A stretch of 54,596 nt of DNA from Nitrospirae bacterium MYbin3 (GTDB lineage: Bacteria; Nitrospirota; Thermodesulfovibrionia; Thermodesulfovibrionales; Dissulfurispiraceae): positions 1-54,596 of the forward strand of contig PEAD01000021.1 in the NCBI GenBank assembly GCA_002753335.1. The letters are read 5' to 3'. Position numbers and translations under genes: made by a program. This document shows positions 39,712 to 50,702 of the stretch, in pieces (the first letter of the stretch is position 1; every line of letters starts with the position of its first letter). The notes beneath the pieces are model-generated. The model made no database searches and was not told the DNA's origin. It saw only the letters and a program-made list of their open reading frames with translations.

Positions 39712-39859
39712 TCACTCATACGTTGACGAACAGTTGGCCACTAAACGAGACCTCCAAGAACTTGAGCTTCGCCTTGCGCATACCCTCACAATCCGCATGG
39801 GCGCTATGATAGCCGCCGCCGTAACTGTAATAGCCGCACTCTTTAAAATTATAAAATAA
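39692..39859 (+). pseudogene. Remnant of a DUF1640/CCDC90-like small coiled-coil protein
   Basis: Hand translation: SAVIFDTHSYVDEQLATKRDLQELELRLAHTLTIRMGAMIAAAVTVIAALFKIIK*. It has the FDT.., LATK.DL and C-terminal TM signatures. No ATG/GTG/TTG start lies between the in-frame TAA at 39644 and the FDTH motif. Confidence 0.7.
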
Positions 39860-39900
39860 ACGTTAATCAGCATATTCATCTCAAATATCCCCTGCTAAAA

Positions 39901-39973
39901 TGGACGGTAGGGGATTCGAACCCCCGGCCCCCACGTTGCGAACGTGATGCTCTCCCAGCTGAGCTAACCGCCC
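39901..39973 (-). tRNA. tRNA-Ala (anticodon CGC)
   Basis: Cloverleaf GGGCGGT-TA-GCTC-AGCTGGGA-GAGC-A-TCACG-TTCGCAA-CGTGG-GGGCC-GGGGG-TTCGAAT-CCCCT-ACCGTCC-A. G3:U70 alanine identity pair, A73. CCA not encoded. Confidence 0.97.
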
Positions 39974-39984
39974 ATATGCGGTAT

Positions 39985-40014
39985 ATGGTAAAGATTAATT
40001 GGAGCTTCAGTCAA
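39985..40014 (-). promoter_or_regulatory. Sigma70-type promoter of tRNA-Ala
   Basis: Minus strand: TTGACT (40014-09), 18 nt, TACCAT (39990-85), ending 11 nt before the tRNA 5' end. Confidence 0.6.
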
Positions 40015-40118
40015 TTTACAAAAAGAGCCGTAACATGTTTAAATGGCAATGTTAAGCGGCTTGGCTTTTTGATATTTTCAGGTATTAGGGCTTTTCTGAT
40101 TTTCATAGGGGGGAGATT

Positions 40119-41741
40119 ATGAATATTATCGAAGTCTTTATCGGGCGCACTGTTAAGCAGAAGTTGTACAGGGGGTTTATCGGCGCCGTAGCCATGGTCG
40201 GCGTTGTGGGGTTTATCGGTCTGTATATCTCCAACTATCTTGCGTCTTCCTATGAAAGCGTCATAAACGGTTCAATAAGCATCAATCTTAAGGCGCTGCA
40301 GGCCTATGGATATTTTGGCGACACAAGCAGGAATTTCAAAAACTATCTGGTGCGCGCTGATGCCAAATCCGAAGAGCTTTATTCTGCAGACCTGAAGAGG
40401 GTCAAGCAGGTTTTGGCAGAAATAGAAAAAAACACCGAAGGTGATGCTGCACTTAAGGAAGCTATCGCTAAAACCAATAAGGCCTTAAAGGAGTTCGATG
40501 AGGGTTTTCAGGAAACCAAGGAGCTAAGGGCCAAGAGCGGGGATATAGCGGATGTTGACACTTATGTACGCGGCATATTTACTCCGGTTATAAAAGGCTT
40601 ATTGGACATAAACAAGCTTGCTTCTGAACGGGAGCAGGCTGCCAGAGCAGCTATAGGAGCAGCAAAAAAGAGGGCGATGATAGTGATTGCGGTTTTTGTT
40701 GCTATAGGTTTTTCAACAGGCGTACTTATGATGATTCTTATTGTAAGAGGAGTTCTGCCCCCTATAGAGATGCTTGCCGCTGCAATGGAACGCATAGCTG
40801 CCGGTGATTTAAGGATCAAGGTTCCTGAAAGCAGGGATGATGAAATCGGCATGCTTTCAAGGAGCGCAGACAAGATGATAAAAAGTGTTTCGACTGCGGT
40901 CAATAATATTGTAAATTCTGCGAATGAAATAGGGCGGGCCATAGATGTTTTAAAAAAGCGCTCTTTAGCGCTTACTGATGATGCGCGTGAACAGACCGGA
41001 CAGGCCCAGCAGATAGCGGTGGCTTCGGAGGAGATGACGCAGACGATAAAAGATATATCAATAAATACCACCAAGGCATCTTCCACATCGGCCGATGCAC
41101 TGAAGGCAGCCTCAGAAGGCAAAAAAATGGCCGGCGTGGCTGTTGATACGGTCAACAGCGTTCATTCTTCAACGGTAGAACTTTCTTCTCTTATAGACAA
41201 ACTAAACGGAAGCGTGCATGAGATAGGCGAGATTGTAACGGTGATAGGCGATATTGCAGACCAGACGAATCTTCTCGCGCTTAATGCCGCGATAGAGGCT
41301 GCCCGCGCCGGAGAGCAGGGCCGCGGTTTTGCGATCGTTGCAGACGAAGTCAGGAAGCTGGCCGAAAGGACTCTAAGGGCAACTGAAGAAATAACAGGGC
41401 GGATAAAGCAAGTGCAGGCGGATTCTGGCGCCACTGCGCACTCCATGTCCGAAGCCTCAACCGAAGTCACAAATGTTACGGAATACATAAAGAAGGTCAA
41501 CGATACGATCGACAGGGTGGCCTTAGCGGTTAATCAGGTCAGCGGACAGGTGACGCATATCGCGGCTGCGGTTGAGGAGCAGTCCGTAACTTCAGCAGAG
41601 GTTTCAAAAAGTATTGACAGGACATCAACTCTTTCGGAAGATATGGAGCGGGTGGTGGTTGATATAGATGCCCAGATATTAAAGCTGAAAGAGATCGGAG
41701 ATCAGCTTCGCATTCACGTATCCGGATTTACAACGCAATAA
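40119..41741 (+). CDS. Methyl-accepting chemotaxis protein
   Basis: TM, helical ligand-binding domain, TM, HAMP (DEIG.L), signalling tip [48 protein letters not shown]. Confidence 0.97.
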   Translation: MNIIEVFIGRTVKQKLYRGFIGAVAMVGVVGFIGLYISNYLASSYESVINGSISINLKALQAYGYFGDTSRNFKNYLVRADAKSEELYSADLKRVKQVLAEIEKNTEGDAALKEAIAKTNKALKEFDEGFQETKELRAKSGDIADVDTYVRGIFTPVIKGLLDINKLASEREQAARAAIGAAKKRAMIVIAVFVAIGFSTGVLMMILIVRGVLPPIEMLAAAMERIAAGDLRIKVPESRDDEIGMLSRSADKMIKSVSTAVNNIVNSANEIGRAIDVLKKRSLALTDDAREQTGQAQQIAVASEEMTQTIKDISINTTKASSTSADALKAASEGKKMAGVAVDTVNSVHSSTVELSSLIDKLNGSVHEIGEIVTVIGDIADQTNLLALNAAIEAARAGEQGRGFAIVADEVRKLAERTLRATEEITGRIKQVQADSGATAHSMSEASTEVTNVTEYIKKVNDTIDRVALAVNQVSGQVTHIAAAVEEQSVTSAEVSKSIDRTSTLSEDMERVVVDIDAQILKLKEIGDQLRIHVSGFTTQ

Positions 41742-41756
41742 AGTCAGTTTGTTATT

Positions 41757-44298
<2,542 letters not shown>

Positions 44299-44300
<2 letters not shown>

Positions 44301-44335
44301 AAAAAAGGGGAGCCATTCGGCTCCCCTTTTTTTTT
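44299..44335. terminator. Bidirectional intrinsic terminator
   Basis: A-tract, ggggagcc-attc-ggctcccc hairpin, T-tract, between convergent genes. Confidence 0.93.
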
Positions 44336-44348
44336 AGTTAAATATTTC

Positions 44349-45347
44349 TTATGCCTGACCGGCCGAACCGAGCACTTCCTTGTTTTTGTGGACTATCATC
44401 TTTATAAGCTCATCGCGGGCAGGGCCTAAATATTTTCTTGGATCGAACTCTGCAGGCTTTTCGGCCAGCACTTTGCGAACTATGGCGGTCAATGCAAGGC
44501 GTCCGTCGCTATCAATGTTTATCTTGCAGACCGCGCTTCTTGCGGCCCTTCTAAGCTGTTCTTCCGGAATGCCTACAGCATCCTTAAGTTTGCCGCCGTT
44601 GGAATTTATCATATCTACATATTCGGGGATAACCGACGATGCTCCGTGCAGAACTATAGAAAAACCGGGGATGCGTTTTTCTATTTCTTCAAGTATATCA
44701 AAGCGCAGAGGCGGCGGCACAAGAACACCTTTTTCATTCTTCGTGCATTGCTCCGGCTTGAACTTCATGGCTCCGTGCGATGTTCCGATCGAGATAGCGA
44801 GTGAATCCACGCCGGTCTTTTTTACAAAGTCTTCAACCTCTTCAGGTTTGGTGTAGGTGGATTTTTCTGCCGAAACCTCATCCTCTATGCCTGCAAGCAC
44901 GCCCAGCTCTCCTTCAACCGTAACATCATGTGCATGGGCGTATTCGACCACCTGCTTTGTGAGCTTTACATTGTCTTCGTAAGAATGATGTGAGCCGTCG
45001 ATCATTACCGAAGAGAAACCTGTGTCTATGCATGATTTGCACAGCTCAAAGGTGTCTCCGTGGTCAAGGTGCAGCGCGAACTTAACCGGTGAATTTGCGT
45101 CTTTTATCATGCCAACCGCGCCCATCGCCAGAAAGCGAAGCAGTGTCTGGTTTGCGTATTTTCTTGCGCCGCTCGAAACCTGAAGTATAAACGGGGATTT
45201 TGATTCCACGCAGCCCATCACTATCGCCTGAAGCTGCTCCATGTTGTTGAAGTTGTAGGCAGGTATCGCGTACTTGCCCTCCATGGCTTTTTTGAACATC
45301 TCCCGTGTGTTGACCAATCCTATTTCCTTGTAAGAAACTTTTTCCAT
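44349..45347 (-). CDS. fba: Class II fructose-1,6-bisphosphate aldolase
   Basis: ALHLDHG, SSVMIDGS, VEGELG.L.G.ED, IGTSHG, VLHGAS, KINIDSD, FDPRKYL. Start placed at ATG 45347 after an AGGAG SD. Confidence 0.97.
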   Translation of the reverse strand: MEKVSYKEIGLVNTREMFKKAMEGKYAIPAYNFNNMEQLQAIVMGCVESKSPFILQVSSGARKYANQTLLRFLAMGAVGMIKDANSPVKFALHLDHGDTFELCKSCIDTGFSSVMIDGSHHSYEDNVKLTKQVVEYAHAHDVTVEGELGVLAGIEDEVSAEKSTYTKPEEVEDFVKKTGVDSLAISIGTSHGAMKFKPEQCTKNEKGVLVPPPLRFDILEEIEKRIPGFSIVLHGASSVIPEYVDMINSNGGKLKDAVGIPEEQLRRAARSAVCKINIDSDGRLALTAIVRKVLAEKPAEFDPRKYLGPARDELIKMIVHKNKEVLGSAGQA

Positions 45348-45461
45348 ACCGGACTCTCCTTTTGACATTTATATTTTTAAGGCTTTGAACGTCTGATAAA
45401 ATGAATGATACCTTTCTGAAGGCCATTATACCACATCATTTTGTGGTCGCGTCTATTTTAG

Positions 45462-46493
45462 TTATGTAAGTTTTTTAAAGGTGATATTGAATCCTGTCCC
45501 ATCAGTGCGGTTCATGCTGATTTCTCCAGAGAGCTGTTTAACCAGGCTGTTTACAAGATGAAGGCCCAGAGATTCCGTATTTTTAAAGTCCAATCTTTCG
45601 GGGAACCCTATGCCGTTGTCTTTGAAGCAGAGTTCTATGTTTTCTCCGCGCTCATGCAGCGATATGTTTATAGTTCCCTCCCGTGCATCAGGGAATGCGT
45701 GTTTAAGGGCATTTGATATAAGTTCGCTTACTATCAGGCCGAAGGGGACTGCTGTATCGAGGCTGAATTTCACGTCTCCGATATCTATGGACATCCTCAC
45801 CCTGCTGGCATCAATCCCATAAAACCTGAACATATGGCCGCTGATCTCACGGATATAATCATTGAAGTTTATATGCACCATGTTTTGGGACCTGTATAGC
45901 AGTTCATGCACTAAGGCCATGGAGCGTATGCGGTTCTGGCCATCTTTGAATACCTGAAGTGCGGCCTTGTCAGTGATGTAATTTGACTGTAGATCTAAAA
46001 GGCTCGAGATAATCTGCATATTATTTTTTATGCGGTGATGAATCTCTTTAAGCAAAACCTCTTTTTCTCTGAGAGACCTTAATATCTCTGCATCTGCCCG
46101 CTTTTTCTCGGCGCGCATTGCGGCCTCGGCTATTTCTCGTTCTATCGCCGGGATCAGTCTTGAAGTTGAATCTTTCCTTATGTAATCATGCGCCCCGGCC
46201 TTCATCATCACAACTGCTGTCTCTTCGCCCATCACTCCCGACATAACGATAAACGGCAGGTCGAGGCCACTTTCTTTCAATATCTTCAGTGCTTCAGGCG
46301 CGCTGAACTTTGGCATTACATAGTCGCAGATTATCGCATCCCATGTCCGGCCCTTAAGCTCCGACTGCATTGCTTCAGGGGTATCCACTCGAATGAACTC
46401 CACCTGATAGCCTGCGTTTTTCAGGTGGCGGACGAGCAGAAGCGCATCGTCTTCGGAGTCATCAACTATTAGAAGGCGTATATTTTTATTCAT
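45462..46493 (-). CDS. Response regulator-HisKA_2 histidine kinase fusion
   Basis: REC (VDDSEDDA, CDYVMP, GAHDY..K) followed by EIHHRIKNN, ELISNALKHAF, DNGIG, SLGL. Confidence 0.92.
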   Translation of the reverse strand: MNKNIRLLIVDDSEDDALLLVRHLKNAGYQVEFIRVDTPEAMQSELKGRTWDAIICDYVMPKFSAPEALKILKESGLDLPFIVMSGVMGEETAVVMMKAGAHDYIRKDSTSRLIPAIEREIAEAAMRAEKKRADAEILRSLREKEVLLKEIHHRIKNNMQIISSLLDLQSNYITDKAALQVFKDGQNRIRSMALVHELLYRSQNMVHINFNDYIREISGHMFRFYGIDASRVRMSIDIGDVKFSLDTAVPFGLIVSELISNALKHAFPDAREGTINISLHERGENIELCFKDNGIGFPERLDFKNTESLGLHLVNSLVKQLSGEISMNRTDGTGFNITFKKLT

Positions 46494-46495
46494 GG

Positions 46496-46951
46496 CTATT
46501 TCCTTGCCATGCTTTGTGCAGGGGGCAGCTCGTTAAGCAGTATCCAGTAGATGCCAAGTTCCTTAACCGCATCAGAAAACTGTACAAAGTCCACAGGTTT
46601 GCGGATGTAGCTGTTGCAACCTAAATTATATCCGTTGATAAGGTCCTGATCTTCTTTTGAGGAGGTCAGAATTACGACAGGCAGCAGGCGTGTATTCTCG
46701 TTGCTGCGCAGGCGTTTCAGCACCCCGAGACCGTCCAGCTTAGGCAGTTTAAGATCAAGCAGTATGACGGCCGGCGTGTCCGTAATATCGCGGCCTTCGT
46801 ACTTGCCGGTTCCGAAAAGGTAATCAAGCGCCTCTATTCCATCATGCGCTACGATTACTTGATTAACTATGTTGTTTTTTTTGAATGCGCGCAGCGTAAG
46901 TTCGACATCATCAGGATTGTCTTCAATAAGCAGCACCTTTTTCTTGGTCAT
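46496..46951 (-). CDS. Single-domain response regulator (Rcp1-like)
   Basis: LIEDNPDD, LLDLKLPK.DG, LTSS, NSYIRKPVDF..F, LG.YW. Confidence 0.95.
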   Translation of the reverse strand: MTKKKVLLIEDNPDDVELTLRAFKKNNIVNQVIVAHDGIEALDYLFGTGKYEGRDITDTPAVILLDLKLPKLDGLGVLKRLRSNENTRLLPVVILTSSKEDQDLINGYNLGCNSYIRKPVDFVQFSDAVKELGIYWILLNELPPAQSMARK

Positions 46952-46969
46952 GGTTTTAGCCCTCCTATG

Positions 46970-49165
46970 TTAAATAGTAAAATAAAATGCTGCGCCTTTG
47001 CCCTGCTCTGATTCGGCCCAGATGCGTCCGCCATGTCGAAGAATTATTCTCTTGACCGTTGTAAGGCCTATGCCTGTGCCCGGGAACTCTTCGGTTGAAT
47101 GCAGGCGCTGAAAGGGCGTGAACAGCTTGTCCGCATAAGCTTCATCAAACCCCGCGCCATTGTCTTTTACATAGCAAACAGGGCCGTTGTCTGTTTTTGC
47201 TACGCCAAACTCCACTCTTGCCTCCGGCCTGCTGTTTGTAAACTTCCAGGCATTGGAAAACAGGTTTTCTAGTGCAATGCGCAGCAGACGACGATCACCT
47301 TTTACCATTATTCCTTTTTGAATAATGGTCTCTACCTGTCTGTCCGGATATATCTTTTTAAGATCTTCGGTAATTTCGGCCGCCAACTCACCAAGATCTA
47401 CCGAGGTTATATTTATTTCCGAACGGCCCAGCCGTGAAAGTCCGAGTATGTCGTCTATAAGCTGGGACATGCGCTGGCTTGCGGCGCGTATCCGGTTAAG
47501 GTAGTTCTTCCCCTCCTCATCCAGCTTGTCTGTATAGTCTTCGAGAACAGCCAGACTAAAGCCGTCTATCGCCCTGAGGGGCGCGCGCAGGTCATGGGAT
47601 ACAGAATAACTGAACGCCTCCAGTTCCTGATTTGCGGCTTCAATGGCATTTTTTTGGCGCAAGAGATCAGCATTAAGCAGATTTAATTTATCGTTGGCGC
47701 CATTCAGGTCTTCAACCATATTTATCAGCGCCCGCTGGCTGTCTTGAAGTTCCAGCCCTGTTTTTCTTAGTTCAGCCGTACGCATAACAACACGCTCTTC
47801 CAGCTCCTCGTTGAGTTTGCGTATCTCCTCTTCTGTCTGCTTGAGCCTGGTCACGTCGCGTGCAGCGGCAAACACACCGGCCACATCACCCTTCTCGTCT
47901 TTGTACAGGGATGCGTTGTACAAAACATTGGTGATATTGCCGGATGAGTGGCGGATTGTAAGGGGATAATCGGTGACAGAGCCTTGCGAGAAAACTTTCT
48001 CATAACCGGCACGGGCATAATCCGGATCGGTGAAATAGTTAGAGAAATCGCTTCCGATAAGATTTTCTTTTGTGATGCCTGTGGCATTCACTGTGGCTTC
48101 GTTCACGTCCCTAATCTTGCCGTCTTTGCTTATGGTAACCAGAGGGTCAAGGCTGGCTTCGATCAGGTTTCGGGTGTATAGAGAAATTGACCGCAGCCGC
48201 TCCATTGCCAGCATCTCGCTTTTTCGTTGTTTGTGCAGCAATCGTGCAGAAACGAGCGTAACCACTGTGAATACAAGAGAAAGCAAAATCCATGCTGCGG
48301 CCTCTTTCCTCCATGGAGCAAGGTAGTCGCTTGGTGCCTGTCCTACGTTGATATAAAGGGGGTAGTCAGCAATTTTACGGTATGTATAATTCCTTTCTAT
48401 GTTGTCCACAGGATAAATTGCTTTGTAAGTTTTGCTTGTCTGTCCTGATTCCACAAGTTCGCGGAACAATTTAGATACATTTGTCATTCCAATATTGCTG
48501 CAAACTCCATTTGTCTCCGGATGACGGACAACAATAGCCAGATCTTTGTCGCGCATTGTGATAGAACCATGTTTCCCTATGTCTATGGATGAGAACATCT
48601 TGGCTAAATATTCGAGCGTCAACGACCCGTAAGCAACTCCGCCAAAGGAGCCGTCGCGGTTATTTACTCTTCGTGCAACTATCAGCACCCATTTCCCGGT
48701 AATGCGGCCTTTTACGGGTTTTGATATGACCAAGCCTGCCTTGGGATTGTTGCGCAGTTCTATGAAGTATTCCCGGTCAGCGATGGTTTGCAGCGGAGCA
48801 GCAGGAGCAGGGCTGCCGTAAGATATAAGTCCATCCGGCTTTGCCATGCGCATATTGTCGAGTTCAGATATGCGCTTGTGGCGGAGTGCGATAAATGCGT
48901 TGAGGGACTGCTGATTGATTTTTCCTGCTGCCAACTGTTTCTCTGCCTCATCCACAATGCCGAGCAAGGCCACATCTATTTTGTCGATTATTTTAGAGAT
49001 GCTTAATTCCAGGGATCGTGCAAGGTTTTGTGTCGAAAGCTCGACCTGCTGGTCATAAGTAATTCTCAGTTGGTACAAAGACAATCCAACCATGAGATAG
49101 ACAAAGAGGTTAATTATTATTATGCCGGTTGTTATCCTGCCGGTAAAGGATTTCAAAGTTTTCAT
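46970..49165 (-). CDS. Cache-PAS sensor histidine kinase with bacteriophytochrome-type (COG4251-like) kinase core
   Basis: TM-dCache-TM, PAS (EASLDPLVTI), ELEAFSYSVSHDLRAPLR, NL.SNAWKF, DNGAGFD, FQRLH...FPGTGIGL. Confidence 0.94.
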   Translation of the reverse strand: MKTLKSFTGRITTGIIIINLFVYLMVGLSLYQLRITYDQQVELSTQNLARSLELSISKIIDKIDVALLGIVDEAEKQLAAGKINQQSLNAFIALRHKRISELDNMRMAKPDGLISYGSPAPAAPLQTIADREYFIELRNNPKAGLVISKPVKGRITGKWVLIVARRVNNRDGSFGGVAYGSLTLEYLAKMFSSIDIGKHGSITMRDKDLAIVVRHPETNGVCSNIGMTNVSKLFRELVESGQTSKTYKAIYPVDNIERNYTYRKIADYPLYINVGQAPSDYLAPWRKEAAAWILLSLVFTVVTLVSARLLHKQRKSEMLAMERLRSISLYTRNLIEASLDPLVTISKDGKIRDVNEATVNATGITKENLIGSDFSNYFTDPDYARAGYEKVFSQGSVTDYPLTIRHSSGNITNVLYNASLYKDEKGDVAGVFAAARDVTRLKQTEEEIRKLNEELEERVVMRTAELRKTGLELQDSQRALINMVEDLNGANDKLNLLNADLLRQKNAIEAANQELEAFSYSVSHDLRAPLRAIDGFSLAVLEDYTDKLDEEGKNYLNRIRAASQRMSQLIDDILGLSRLGRSEINITSVDLGELAAEITEDLKKIYPDRQVETIIQKGIMVKGDRRLLRIALENLFSNAWKFTNSRPEARVEFGVAKTDNGPVCYVKDNGAGFDEAYADKLFTPFQRLHSTEEFPGTGIGLTTVKRIILRHGGRIWAESEQGKGAAFYFTI

Positions 49166-50475
49166 GTCCCGGACCTATCTTTCAGCTCTTTCTCCATCTC
49201 TTTTATTTTTTCCTTCAACTCAATCATGCGCAGTTCCCTGCCGACAAAGGTTTTGTTCAGCCTTTCGAGTTCGGCATTTTTAAGTTCAAGTTCTGCTGTC
49301 CGCTGCAGTACCCTATGCTCCAGATCATCGTTTAGCCTGCGAAGCTCTTCCTCTGTTTGCTTCCGGTTGGTTATATCGGTTGCTATCTCCATCCTTACGA
49401 TACGGCCGTCTATCCAGTGTATCGCCCTGTCACGGATGTCATACCAACGCCCGTTTTTAGTATTCTGCATCTCCCAGTGATATACTCCTGTAGGTCTGCC
49501 TTGAGAATCCAGCAGATATTTGTTTGTGCAAAACGTACACGGTTCTGTTTGTCCTGTCTGAATGCTCTGCCAGCATGGCTTGCCTACTATATTTCCGAAA
49601 ATGTTCTCAACGTACTTGTTTATAAAGAGAATCTCGTATGTATTGATATCCGACACATAAACTATAGCGTCGAGACTGTTTAATACCGCAAGCAGTCGTT
49701 CGTGGCTTTCTGCCAAAGCATCTTTTGATTTGTCCTGCTCCAATATGAACTGCCTGCCTCTGTAAAAGATCAGGCAAAGCATTGCAGAGCCGAACAGCCA
49801 TATGAGAAGGTGAGAAAGCAGCATCGCATTTGTGGTTTCTTTTTCGATCTTCAGGTATGTTGACATAGGCACGCTGACCCCAACTCCGCCTCTGATATCG
49901 CCTTCCTTGTATCCCTGCTGGCTATGGCATTTCAGGCAGCCGGCCTTTACAACCATAGGCCGCATTAAGCGGAGACTTTGCTGGCCTTCATGTTCGCTTA
50001 TTTCAAAAAACTCCTTTGTCCCTTTCTCAAAGGCTTTTAAGGCCTCACGTTCCCATGCATCAGGCGCATTGTCAGGGTTAAGAGGCTTAAGGCTTGTTAT
50101 TCGCCCCTTAATTCCGTAGAGTTCATTGAAGTCGGCCATCAGCTGCCGTATCATGTAAGCCGGGTTCATCAGTGTGAGTTTTTTGCCTGAAGGCAGCGTT
50201 ATGTCACGGTCCGGGATGTGGCTTAGATAAGGATTAGGCGGGGTCTGTTCTGTCGGAGGCACGTACACGCCGCCGTGCTTTGTCCCCCATAGCCGAAAAG
50301 CCTGGTCTTTGTTGAAGTTCGAGAGCGCCTCTTTTTTTACGATCTCAATGGTCTGCAGCCGTTCGTGATAAATATTCCATGAAGCTGAACATATGACGTT
50401 GACGGTCCAGATAAGCGCGGCAACCGCGATTATTCGACAGAAATAAGTGAGCCCTTTATTTTTTGAGCCGTCCAT
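49162..50475 (-). CDS. DUF3365-like heme-c-binding membrane sensor with PAS and coiled-coil tail; no kinase domain
   Basis: TM, HGGVY.P, PNPYL, LTL.NPA.M.RQ, NAPD.WE, CLKCH, GDIRGG, TM, PAS containing PCTFC, tail FVGRELRMIELK. Confidence 0.85.
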   Translation of the reverse strand: MDGSKNKGLTYFCRIIAVAALIWTVNVICSASWNIYHERLQTIEIVKKEALSNFNKDQAFRLWGTKHGGVYVPPTEQTPPNPYLSHIPDRDITLPSGKKLTLMNPAYMIRQLMADFNELYGIKGRITSLKPLNPDNAPDAWEREALKAFEKGTKEFFEISEHEGQQSLRLMRPMVVKAGCLKCHSQQGYKEGDIRGGVGVSVPMSTYLKIEKETTNAMLLSHLLIWLFGSAMLCLIFYRGRQFILEQDKSKDALAESHERLLAVLNSLDAIVYVSDINTYEILFINKYVENIFGNIVGKPCWQSIQTGQTEPCTFCTNKYLLDSQGRPTGVYHWEMQNTKNGRWYDIRDRAIHWIDGRIVRMEIATDITNRKQTEEELRRLNDDLEHRVLQRTAELELKNAELERLNKTFVGRELRMIELKEKIKEMEKELKDRSGT

Positions 50476-50558
50476 TTTTTTTTTGCGCTTTAAGTATGCT
50501 CAGATTATAAGGATGATTGTTTTATGTATAAGCTAATTAATGCTAAGTTAAAATATGC

Positions 50559-50686
50559 TATCAAGAAACATGCCGCAAAAAATATATAACAAAAAAAGTC
50601 TTTTAATCAATTAGTTGATGCATTATAGATAGGTGTTGCGATGCCTGCACAGGTGCGACTTTTTTTGCATGCAATCTTTTGTCGCA
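50559..50686 (-). promoter_or_regulatory. Candidate sigma54-type promoter with IHF site and upstream activator palindrome
   Basis: Minus-strand CGGCATGTTTCTTGATA (GG-N10-GA). AATCAATTAGTTG at 50605-17 matches the IHF consensus WATCAANNNNTTR. Nested palindrome TGCGAC..TTGCATGCAA..GTCGCA at 50654-86. Confidence 0.5.
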
Positions 50687-50702
50687 GTATGGGCAAATGC
50701 AG

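Noticed and set aside
37731..39900. Intact genomic island or prophage integrated at tRNA-Ala
   Set aside because: No integrase and no duplicate of the tRNA 3' end (att site) were visible. Only a remnant is supportable.
40044..40057. Sigma54 site upstream of the MCP (TGGCAATGTTAAGC)
   Set aside because: The GG-to-GC spacing is 9 nt rather than the required 10.
50476..50484. A9 homopolymer directly before the heme-sensor ATG as a second contingency locus
   Set aside because: It is short, lies outside the coding frame, and sits in AT-rich intergenic DNA, so it is not distinguishable from background.
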